Below are positions 23,601-33,300 of a stretch of 44,031 bases of DNA, in pieces. Origin of the DNA: Callorhinchus milii (taxonomy: Eukaryota); NCBI RefSeq assembly GCF_018977255.1, contig NW_024704842.1:124001-168031 (forward strand), read 5' to 3'. The stretch's first letter is position 1. Each line of letters opens with the position of its first letter. The position numbers and the translations under genes are program-made. The notes under the pieces are model-generated. The model had not been told where the DNA came from and ran no database searches. It saw only the letters and a list, made by a program, of their open reading frames with translations.

Positions 23601-26600
23601 GCCGTTTTGCTCAAACCCCTTGTATCCTTACTCATCCTGTGTACAACTACCTCTTGCTCACCCAACCTGTTGACACACCCATCGGTTTACACCTTTGTGT
23701 TCCCACCCATACTCACCCCATACTCCCCGCGTATGCACAAACCCCAGGTGCTCCCCGTCTATTCGTACCACCCCCGCGCTCCCCATGTTCTTTACCCAAA
23801 ATTTTGCTCGTGATCCACTGTGCTCTTCACTCCGGTTGTCATCCTCTACTTGTGTTGTGTTTTATTTTTGTTGTGTGTTGCGTTGGGGGGCGATCCGACC
23901 TCCCAACCGGACTCTCGCTTCGCCGCGAGTCGCTTCGGTCTCGCGCACCGACCGAACCCGACTCCCGTCCCCGCGCTCACGCGACGAACGCACGAGACGT
24001 CACGGAACAGGGCGGTCTGTGCCGCCCTCTGACGCGCCGGCGGGGAATTAGCTCAGATGGTAGAGCGCTCGCTTAGCGTGCGGGAGGCGGCGGCGGGGTC
24101 GATGCCCGCATTCTCCAGCGGGTCCCCCCCCCCTCCTTTCACGCATAATCGTTGCGTTCAATTGTTTAAGGTGTTTCTCCTGTATAAATGATGACTTTTA
24201 CCGACCAGGAACATTTCTGTTAGGAACGCCTAATAATAATCCCTTCAAAAACCAAAAACAATAATTAATTGGTCATTTTCAATCCACGACTGTTTGTGGG
24301 ACATTGCTGTGCGCAATTGGCTGCCGCGTTCGCCCACAAATATACAGTCAATTCACTTTACAGTGTGTTCTGTGAAGCGCTTTGGGACGTCCTCCCGACG
24401 TGAAAAGCGCTATATCAAATGCAAGGATTATTATTATTATTATTATTATTGTGCTCACCGTCTATTATTACGCCCTGTGCTAACCATGAGCGCTCCCTCC
24501 CTCTGTTCCTCCCATTCTGATACCTCCATGTGCTCCCCGATGTGCTCAGACCCCTGAGCTCAAAACCTCGGTGCTCAACACCTCTGGCCAAATTCTCCCA
24601 ATATGCTATCCCCAGAAACGCGTCCATTTTACACCCCGTGTTTAACCAAACCAGAGTGATCAACACCTTCCCTGTGCTCATCCACTCCTCTGCTCAGCTC
24701 ACGAGACTCACATCTTCGTCCTAAACCCGCTTGTTTTCCTCACGTGCTAAACCCAAATCATTCTCATCCCGTGTCCTTAAACCCCCTTTGCTCGACACAC
24801 CTGTTCTCAACGCATGTGTTACCCTTCATGTGCTCTGCCCTTTGTGCTCACTGATACTCAACTCAACCCTCCGTACTCACCCCATTGTGCTCATCCCCGA
24901 AAGTGCTCACACCATTTGCTCACCCCTTGTGCTCCACCCCTGTGATGTCCAATGTGCTTACCGACCCTGTGTTTAACCAAATCCTGTACTCAAATCCCCG
25001 GTGTTTACCTCTACCGTGCTCATTACAAGCCCCGTGGTCACCACCAGGCCCATCGCGCATCCACCGTATGCTAATCCCTCCTCTATGCTCACTCCTACTG
25101 TACTCAGCCCATTGTTTTCTAACCCCATGTTGCACCCCTTTGTGCTATCCACGTCCCAACTGTTCTCACCTAACTCCGAGCGCTCAATGCTCCCTGTGCA
25201 GAACCCAAATTTGCTCAACTCCTATGCTAAACCTCCACGTACTTAGTCCCTCTGCTCAACCACCTTGGACCCTCCCCCCCATACTCTGCCCCTTGTGGCA
25301 GTCCCTGTGCTCAGCCGCCTGTTCTCAACACTGCCCCCAACCCGTGCTCACCCCACCAAACGACCCACTCGGAAAACGACCTGATGATGATCGACAGATT
25401 TGTTTAACTAAGCAGATGACGCAGACAACATATGTGTGCGACCCGCATTTATGTCCCTAGGGCAATGAGCGTGAATCCACTCCTTCCCACCAACCCCTCC
25501 ACACCAGATTTAATAATAATACACTGACATATTGCGGGTTACAAACTTTTACCAGAATCTCCCTAATTCTAATTCCTATTGAGACATTGAAAAATCATCA
25601 GACAATGAATTAATTACCTGAGCAGATGACGCCAGCATCAGAGGAGTGTGACGAATAATAGTGACGCCAGTTCTCTGAGGAACAATATCTTAGTGCATAC
25701 TCACTCCCTTTGCACCGAACATTATACGTTATTATGTGACCAGAGCCCATCCCAAAGTGAGCGTCTCCTGAGGCTGACAGCGCGGCTCCACAGCCCAACT
25801 CCTTACACACCACAGCCGCGTCCAGCATATCCCAACCAGAGTCACCAGAGCCATAGCCATCCACTGTGCCCCACTGTCCATCGTGATGAACCTCCACTGT
25901 CCCGGCACATCGGCTGCCGCCATTCACCAGCCTCACACTCACTATAAAACACCATACGCAACATTGAGAGTCCGTTTCGTTTTGACTTCCAGTCACTCAG
26001 GATAATATAATATAATGTACATGTACAGAAAAGGTGTCACATTGGGAGGATGTTTGGCGTTAAAAAAATACAACAACAATAATAATCATTATATTGGTTG
26101 CAGTGTTTGCTGGCTGTACACGACCCAGGTGTCACCATAAGAGTAACAGGTTATTGCAGTACCAGCTGTACATGTTGCAGCTCCGTTTGCAGATAAAGGA
26201 TAGTGATATTATACTTTATCTTATTATGCTCTACATTATTATACTGATATTGGATTATTTTACATCATATTGGACTGTTATACTTTATATTAAACTATTC
26301 TAGTCGATATTACAATACTATACTCTATGATAGATTATTAAACTTTATATTTAGATTTACGGTCAGGACACAATTTTACACAAGTTTCCTCTATCCACAT
26401 GCTTCTGTTTATCTAGCAGTCAGTGGGAACCCAGCAGTCAATTGGCGTTTCTTTTCTGGGGATAAGAATCCCTTAAAAAAAATGTAATTTGGTCATTCAA
26501 TCCATGAACTTTGTGAGACACCACTGTGTGCGATTGGCTGCCGTATATCTCCAGCAAAGCTAGCAGCTGTTTCATATTGCAGTATATTCTGTGAAGCATT

Positions 26601-28671
26601 TTGGGACCCGATAAGGCTCTAAAACAAATCCATGGATTTTTATTATTATTATCATAGTTTATATTAGATTACTACAATTCGTATTTCATTATTAAACGTT
26701 GTATTATATATTTATTCTTCTACTTTATATACGATAGGAGATTCCACACAAACTATGGCCATGGTTGACTGCTTTGTTACATAATATATGAGTGCAGATC
26801 CCTCAGAGCAGACTCGCTCCCTCTGTACTGAACACCATACTTCAGAATAAAGCTTGGTCGATTTGGAAGGTCTTCAAAAGCTAACTGAACATGCAGAAGG
26901 AATGGGCAAGGCACAGGGATTGAGGAACAGTGATAATATTCCCAAAGCAACATTTGATTGTTAGATTTTGTGTCACTAACCTGCAGATTCCACAGACTTT
27001 CTCTCCAGAAGTATTACTGTACAAGGGAAAAAAAGACCAAAGCAGGAATTATTGGTAAAATAATTCACCCAAAAATCTGCCGTCACATAACCGTTCCTTG
27101 GCTACAGGCAGCCACTCAAGTTCGCCGTCAAAAAGATCATGAGTGGGGGAGCGAACACCAGCGCAAATACAATCGGGAAAAAAGGAACAGAGATTGGGAT
27201 TATTGTAGAGCGCTCCAGTTGGGGAGCGAACACCATCACAGACACCATGGAGAGAGCGCACAATAGGACTGTACAAAGATAACTTTCACAGACTGACAAG
27301 CATACGATTGGGCTGAACGGCATTTTCTGCGAAAGAAAAAAACACAAATTACTGCAGATGCTGGATATCAGACAACAACAACAAAAGTCGTTGGGCACAT
27401 TCAGCAGTTGAGGCAGCAGATCATACGAAGGTTAGAGGAAACGAAACGTTGACTGTCTTTATTTTCTCCTTAGACGTTGCCTTACATGCAGAGAGTTCCA
27501 AGCGACTTCTGATTTTTGTTTTCTGAGCAAGGGCCGTTTGTGTTTCTGTTTCGCTTTGGAGGCTTGGGAAAGAAGCGATTTGCTGACCACTCACAAACTG
27601 AGAAATTTATGTATAACAGACAGAGCAGATTGTGTCTCTCTTTCTGTATCAAGTGTGCTTACTGGCTGTTGTTTTTCCTGGTAGCTTCTGTTCCGTTAAC
27701 CAACAATAACAACTTGCATTTTGGCATCTTGCATTTATAAAGCAATACGTTAATGAGGGAAAGCATAGAAATGACTTTCTCGCCTCACTTTCCACTTTCT
27801 TCTTTCTTAGCTTTTGCACTAGACCCTCCGGCCTCTCCAAAACAAACAAAAAATTAAGGAGCCTGTAGGACAAAGACAACTAAGGTGATCGGACGCACGT
27901 TCAAAGGGAAGAGTGTTCAGATTTATCTTGAAGGAAGCAAGGAAATGTTGAGGGAGTGGGACTGCAGAATGTATTCCCATTGGATGGTTAGAGAGTGGCT
28001 AAATGCTCGCCCGTCAATGTGGGGCTGTGAGGTGGGAGACGTGAATCAGGCTGGAGTCCGCTGAGCTGAGAGAGCGGGTAGATTGATAAGGCGTAGGAGG
28101 TCGCAGATGTAGGGTTGTGTGAGGACATGGAGGGCTTTCAATGTGAGTAACAGGATCGTGAACTGTATCCAAGGATGGGGATGATACGGTCACAGAGACT
28201 GGTGGAGGAGATGACACCAGCTGCAGGTTTCTGGATGATCTGCAGTCGATAGAGGGTACAGATTTTCTTTCTAACTGTCTGGCTTGCACGACTCTCCGAA
28301 TGGGATGTAATCATAAATACTAATTCTTGCATTTGATATAGAGCTTTGATGTCTTCAAGACATGTCTAACGTGAATTCACCTTATATTTGTGGGCGAAGT
28401 GCGGTTGGCAATTGCACATAGCAGTGTCCTACAAACTGTCGGTGATTGAAAATGAGCAATACAGCATTGTTTTGTTTAGGAGCGGTTATTATCAGGAGTA
28501 TAGAGGAGAAATTGCCCAAGGGTTCGCCCTGCCTGGAAAAGGAAAAAAGTGTCTCGCTTGCAAGGCGATTGCTCTAACCACAGAGCTACAGAACCCCACT
28601 TTACGGTACATTCCCACAAATATTCGTGGATTGAAACGGTACTCACCGAAAATAAGAAACAATGATTCCAT
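9838..28671 (-). CDS. Multi-exon gene for a type I membrane receptor: leader-SRCR-SRCR-SRCR(short)-Ig-Ig-TM-ITIM tail (616 aa when the dead Ig exon is skipped)
   Basis: Exons 28671-28647, 27016-26981, 25941-25618, 22003-21677, 18635-18384, 17856-17572, 15357-15073, 14198-14100, 13066-13039, 12294-12251, 10965-10925, 9942-9838. All have GT/AG boundaries. Phases 1,1,1,1,1,1,1,1,2,1,0 join into one open frame of 1851 nt ending in TAG. Confidence 0.85.
10600..10900. repeat. Degenerate minisatellite (gctgggctgacacag-like)
   Basis: Repeated gagctgggct / ctgacacag motifs in intron 11. Confidence 0.7.
10925..10965 (-). CDS. Exon 11, cytoplasmic (YATVRKVPRSVPPM), completes ITIM VTYATV
   Basis: tttgtttcag| acceptor, ATG|GTGAGT donor; 41 nt, phase 1->0. 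Confidence 0.8.
12251..12294 (-). CDS. Exon 10, cytoplasmic (RNVPTGGGPEPSNVT, ends in first base of ITIM Tyr codon)
   Basis: ttttttcgcag| acceptor, CCT|GTGAGT donor; 44 nt, phase 2->1. Confidence 0.8.
13039..13066 (-). CDS. Exon 9, cytoplasmic (GKQKSSSGE)
   Basis: ttgcaattacag| acceptor, AAG|GTGAGA donor; 28 nt, phase 1->2. Confidence 0.75.
14100..14198 (-). CDS. Exon 8, transmembrane exon
   Basis: ANWTWKH-ITGLAAGIVASLMIIVLLLGI-SEYKK; no charged residue in the core, GxxxG present; tttccctctccag| acceptor, AAG|GTAAGT donor; 99 nt. Confidence 0.9.
15073..15357 (-). CDS. Exon 7, membrane-proximal Ig domain (C2/LILR-FcR-like)
   Basis: DPLQKAKISLKPDSRVFVRGESAEISC...ANYTCKY...SIASDRMGITVR; tttattccag| acceptor, G|GTAAGG donor; 285 nt, open. 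Confidence 0.92.
15470..16100. mobile_element. Decayed LINE fragments shared with 16860-17500 (part of the duplicated Ig cassette introns)
   Basis: Shared blocks ggagggcagtgaggcc, cgacttcacacag, g(ga/tg)gaa(ctcg/tcat)..actgaagc and G-rich L2-like sequence in both inter-Ig introns. Confidence 0.45.
16345..16443. repeat. 3 x 32-nt tandem repeat at the donor of the dead Ig exon
   Basis: ccactgatgagagagttcaagatctcgctctt at 16345, 16377 and 16412. Confidence 0.95.
16446..16730 (-). pseudogene. Dead Ig exon (middle copy of a triplicated Ig cassette)
   Basis: Same 285-nt length as, and clear similarity to, the flanking Ig exons. Acceptor reads ...ttcatg| (no AG). In-frame TAA (16671-16669) and TAG (16662-16660) stand where exon 7 has GAA/GAG. 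Donor GTAAGA is intact. Confidence 0.9.
17572..17856 (-). CDS. Exon 6, Ig domain 1 (C2/LILR-FcR-like)
   Basis: DPLQKAIISLKTDSPFFVGGESAQISC...GNYTCKY...SPESERVGIYLW; aatttcag| acceptor, G|GTAAGA donor; 285 nt, open. Confidence 0.92.
18094..18195. repeat. 6 x 17-nt minisatellite
   Basis: tcagtgtgagctcgggg units at a 17-nt period. Confidence 0.95.
18384..18635 (-). CDS. Exon 5, shortened SRCR domain 3 (internal deletion removes C5-C6)
   Basis: [28 protein letters not shown]...ICNYLGCG...FGEGSGPVVGRPDCGHGQDGGIFCS; cttggcag| acceptor, G|GTATAG donor; 252 nt, open. Confidence 0.9.
18990..21450. repeat. Degenerate C-rich minisatellite (ctgtgctca-ccc); paralogous tracts at ~23600-23830 and ~24470-25350
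   Basis: Dozens of tgtgctc/tgtactc motifs with strong C/T strand bias. Confidence 0.8.
21677..22003 (-). CDS. Exon 4, SRCR domain 2 (group B, lacks C2 and C7)
   Basis: [27 protein letters not shown]...DAGVICS; ttttggcag| acceptor, G|GTAAAT donor; 327 nt, open. Confidence 0.95.
22740..23590. repeat. Degenerate CA-rich minisatellite (cacagcac-like)
   Basis: Repeated cacag/acagc motifs; produces spurious Pro/Thr-rich ORFs. Confidence 0.6.
24042..24117 (+). tRNA. tRNA-Ala(AGC)-like gene, probably variant or pseudo
   Basis: GGGGAATTAGCTCAGATGGTAGAGCGCTCGCTTAGCGTGCGGGAGGCGGCGGCGGGGTCGATGCCCGCATTCTCCA: acceptor, D and T stems pair, anticodon AGC; 3-nt GCG expansion in the variable loop; intronic and antisense to the receptor gene. 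Confidence 0.75.
24220..24450 (+). mobile_element. Headless SINE body and tail (further copies near 13860-14050, 20270-20347, 26420-26660, 41070-41245, 41480-41700; minus-strand tails near 33840-33920, 37560-37650, 39190-39250)
   Basis: tgtttgtgggacattgctgtgcgcaattggctgccgcgtt...gtgaagcgctttgggacgtcc..gtgaaaagcgctatatcaaatgcaagg(att)n; resembles the SacSINE1/DeuSINE 3' region as I recall it. Confidence 0.75.
25618..25941 (-). CDS. Exon 3, SRCR domain 1 (group B, lacks C2 and C7)
   Basis: VSVRLVNGGSRCAGTVEV...VVCKELGCG...VRCKGSE..LRYC...DAGVICS; ttttatag| acceptor, G|GTAATT donor; 324 nt, open. Confidence 0.95.
26981..27016 (-). CDS. Exon 2, 36-nt second leader exon (VILLERKSVESA)
   Basis: Strong pyrimidine tract tcttttttttcccttgtacag| and donor CAG|GTTAGT; phase 1-1; completes a signal-peptide-like segment. 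Confidence 0.8.
28316..28590 (-). mobile_element. Paralogous copy of the same SINE in intron 1 of the central gene
   Basis: Matches 1455-1730. Confidence 0.7.
28647..28671 (-). CDS. Exon 1, first part of leader (MESLFLIF)
   Basis: cgaaATGG good Kozak context; ATG GAA TCA TTG TTT CTT ATT TTC G|GTGAGT consensus donor. Confidence 0.8.
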
Positions 28672-29565
28672 TTCGAGAGTGAGGAGGAGCTCGAGTCAAA
28701 TACAGAACCTGGAGGATTGTGTTTGTGTCCGACGGGGAAGGATCTCTACAGACTTAAATCACACGGAGTAATTCTCAGGAGAAGCTTTTGACAGTGTCAC
28801 CCTGCTCTGTGATCACCAAGCATCCACTTCTCTGTAACACTTGCATCGAAAGCTGTTGTGACACACACACTGAGGAACAGTCTGACACACACACACATAC
28901 ACACACCGAAACAGACACACTGAGCTGCGATAGACACACACACACAAACACACACTCAGAGAGGAACACGAACTGTGACTTACAGATGTATATTTAACGA
29001 CGTTTAGAGACGGAATCAGAGACTCAGAAACTCTCTCTCCCTTAATCTCTCTCTCTCTCTCCGCAGAACGAACAGGATATGTGATGTCCTTTACTGGAAT
29101 CGTTACAACACTCGCACACAAACCGCAAGCGTGAAGCTGATTCTCAGAAACTGCAGAACGTTATTTAAGTGCGGTGAGCAATGCTCCGATTGGGAGCTGT
29201 GAGTTGAGCTGGACACCCAGCGCTGAGTATTTTGTGGAATGAAGAAGTAGGTTCTTCCTGGTGTCACATTGGCCACTTCTCCATTTCTGTGTGCAAAATT
29301 CTGCGTGTTTGTGTTCGTCTACAAATACACATCACAACATATTTCATTAATTCCCGTGAAAAACTTGGACGGATTCCACGCAGCAATGAATCCTGGAGTC
29401 AAATGTAACAGTACATAGACAGGAGAAATCACACATTTACGTTCTCAGTTTAGCCTCTTTGACGGATTACCTACTTCCTCATTTCAGTTGCTCACATTTT
29501 ATCTTTTCTTGCGACATCCTTCTTTCCTTCCCCGCAGTATTTCAAGGCATTGATTGCTGATTAAT

Positions 29566-30070
29566 GCCCTGCATAGATCAGCGTAGATTTATTGGGTTAT
29601 TACCAGAGATGAAGGGGATGAGTTTCCAGTGTAGGCTGACCAATTTGGGCCTTTATTCTCTAGATTATAGATGAATTAGCGGGGATCGTATAGAGTCCAA
29701 TAAGATCATCAAAGGGCATGATAGAGTAGATAGTGGGAGATTGTTTCCCCTGATTGGAGAAACTAAAACCTTGGATCACATCCTTAAAATCAGAGGCCAG
29801 CCCTTTCGCACTGAGTTGAGGAAGAACTACTTCACTCAAATGATGGTGAATGTATGGAACTCACTACCCCAAAGGGCTGTTGACGCTCAGTCCCCGAACA
29901 TATTCAAGACTGAGATAGATAGATTTCTTACTGCAAAAGAGATTAAGTGATATGGGGATAAGGCGGGGTCAGGTTATTAGCTGGAGTTAGATTAGAAGAT
30001 CAGCCATGATTGAATGGCGGGGCAGGCTCGAAGGCCCTAATGGCCTAGTCCTCCTCCTACATGTTATGGT
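29566..30070 (+). mobile_element. CR1-type LINE 3' end, paralogous copy
   Basis: ORF 29741-29950 is the CR1 ORF2 C-terminus; near-identical to 2703-3205. Confidence 0.85.
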
Positions 30071-30306
30071 ATGTCTCCATCCGTCTGTTACTATCACAAT
30101 ATCTGTCACACACACATTGTTTCTCTCAGATTCCCAGTCTCTCTCCATCTGTGAATCTCAAAGCTTCGTTAACACACAAACTGTGACTCTCACAAACTCT
30201 CTGTCACTCACTCTCACAAACCCAAGCCGACTCTCCCTCTACATCTCTCAAACACTCACTCATACTCCCCATATTGTTCCCTCACAATACCAGTCTGTCT
30301 TAAAAA

Positions 30307-30343
<37 letters not shown>

Positions 30344-30379
30344 CATATACAGACCTGATCAATTTAAGGTGTATTCAAG

Positions 30380-33300
30380 GGTCAACATTGGATATTTTGT
30401 AAATGGCAAAGGATGATGTGTAGCTGAACCACTGTCATGGTGTTCGCTTTGCAACTTTACCGGATATGAAGCACAAACCGCACAGCACCGCCAGGCAAAA
30501 TGATATCAAACATTTCACTGAAAAAGGAAAAAACAGCTAAACGGAACAACATAATTTCTTTAGCGGTGTTTTGTATCTGTATTTCTCTGGAGAGTAAACT
30601 TGTCTGAAATCTCAAATCTGCCCTCCTGACTGGTCTCACAGCTCCACGATAAACAATATTCGCTGAATGGAGATTTCCCAGGCCTGCTGTATTGACGGCA
30701 TTTCAGACCATTTGAATCAGTTAAGGAAGCCAGTCTTCACTCTGCAACACCCCGCTTAACCGCTTACGGAGCCATCATTTCTATCTTTCAAGCTGCAAGT
30801 TTAATACAATATAATAGAAATTACATTCGCGTAGTTCCTTTCACTTTGAGAGTCCAGTTTTTGTGCAAATTAATGTAATTCGTGTGGAATCGTATGGTCA
30901 CATTGCTCATACTCTGTCTCTCTCTCACACACTGTGTATCTCATACACTCTGTCACACTCTGAAACACTGTGCAGCACACATTCTCAGTTCTCCTATGTC
31001 CACACACTCAATCTCCCTCCATCTGTTTCGTTCAAATTCACTGACACACACACGCTGTACCTCTAAAAATTTCTTTCTCTCCCGCCCAATCTCGCTCACT
31101 CTATGAAGCTCTCACACTATCTCTCTTTCTCGCTATGTGTCTTTCACACTGTCTGTCTGTCTTTCAAATTGTGCGTCTCAGAATCTTATTCTCTCTGACT
31201 TTATCTCCCTCTCTCTCGCTCTCTCTCCGACTGTCTATTTTAGGCTCTAAGATGAGACGATAAATTGAGGTTCAGTTTGTGCTGTCTCGAAGACAAATAT
31301 TAAAGATACCGGAAAGCCAATGGGAAATGAGAAGGGACTTTCTCCAGATGATAGATTCCAGACCAGTTCAATTCAATCAGTATGAAAGGCATAATATTGG
31401 ACATAGTGTCAAATGGCAAAGGCTGATGTGTAGCTGAAACACTTTCATGGTATTGGCTAAGCATCGTTACCGGACATAAAGCACAAACCACAAAACACCT
31501 CCTAGCTGTCATGGTGTTAGCTTTGCAACTTTACCGGATATGAAGCACAAACCGCACAGCACCTCACAGCGAAAAGATCTCAAACATTTAACTGAAAAAG
31601 GAAAAAACAACTAAACGGAACAACACAATTTCTTTAGCGGTGTTTTGTATCTTTATTTCTCTGGACAGTAAACTAGTCTGAAGTCTCAAATCTACCCTCC
31701 TGGCTAGTCCTCACAGCTCTATAATGCACAATATATGCTTAATTGAGAGTTCTCAGCCTGCTGTCTTGTCAGCTTTTGAGATATTACAATCAGATCAGGA
31801 AGCCAGTCTCCACTCTGCAACACCTCGTTTGACCACTTACACTGCCAATAGTTCTGTCTTTCAAGCTGCAAGTTTAATACAATATAATTCAACTGACATT
31901 TCCATAGCGACCTTCACTTCAGAAGTGCTGCTGTTTGTGAAAATTAATGTAATTCTTGTGATGTCTGATGGTAACATTGCTCACAATCTCAGTAGCACTC
32001 ACAAACATTATTTCTCTCACACACTCTCTCACACAATCTCACACTGTGTAGATCACACTCTAAGTCTCAGTCTCTCTATCTCCATCCGTGTCTCTGAAAC
32101 TCCGAGTCTCCCTTCAATGTTACTTCCTCAGTACACTCTCAGCCTCATTCTCTCTATCTCCATCTGTGTCTCTGAAACTCTGAGTCTCCCTCCATCTGTT
32201 GCTCTCTAAACATCTATCACACACACATTGTGTCTCTCACACTCCCAGTCTCTATCTGTCTGCGTCTCTCATCAGTCTCCGAAACACACACAATGTGACT
32301 CACACTCTGTCTCTCTCTCAATCTCAATATCTCTCTACATCTCTCATACTCTCACTCACTCTCCCTATATTTTCCCTCACACTATCTGTCCGTCTTATAA
32401 AATGTGTCTATCTGAACCTTTATCTCTCTCTATCCCCTCAGACTCTCTTTCTCTGTCCCCAAACTTAGTCTCCAAGCTGAGAGGGTAAATTGAGGTTCTA
32501 TATGTGCAGTGTTGAAGACAAATGTTAAAGATCCCGAGACACTATTTGGAAAAGAATAATAAATCTCTCCTTATGTTAAATTCCAGCTCAAATTAAGCCG
32601 TATGAAAATGAGACATGGTGTCAATTGTCAAAAGCTGATGTGTAGCTGAACCACTGCCATGGTGTTAGCATAGCAACTTTACCGGATATTAAGCACGAAC
32701 CACAGGATATCTCCCAGCAAAGATGGCTCAAACATTTAACTGAAAAATGATAAAACAAATAAACGGAACAGCAGCATTTTTTCGCTGTGTTTTGTATCTG
32801 TATTTTTCTGGACAGTAAACTCGTCTGATATCTCAAATGTGCCCCATAGCTCGTCCCCACAGCTCCATAATACACAATATTCGCTTAATTGAGAGTCCTC
32901 AGCCCTGCTGTATTGACGGCATTTGAGACCATTACTATCAGATAAGGAATCCAGTCTCCACTATGTAACACCTCCGTTGACCGCTTAGGAAGCCTATATT
33001 TCTGTCTTTCAAGCTGCAAGTTTAATACAATATATTACAAATTACATTCGCGTGGCTCCTTTCACTTCGGGAGTTCAGCTTTTTGTGCAAATTAATGTAA
33101 TTCATGTGAAATCTTATGGTCACGTTGCTCACATTCTGTCTCTCTCACACACAATTGTGTATTTCACGCACTCTCTCACACTCTGAAACACTGTGCAGCT
33201 CACATTGTCAGTCCCTCTATGTCCACACTCTCAATCTCCCTCCATCTGTTTCGTTCAAATTTACTGACACACACATCTCTCACATTTCCTCTCACAATTT

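Noticed and set aside
22601-23673. Pro/Thr-rich mucin-like ORFs that could be an SRCR-interspersed stalk
   Set aside because: On the strand opposite the gene, inside a CA-rich degenerate minisatellite, with no usable splice sites.
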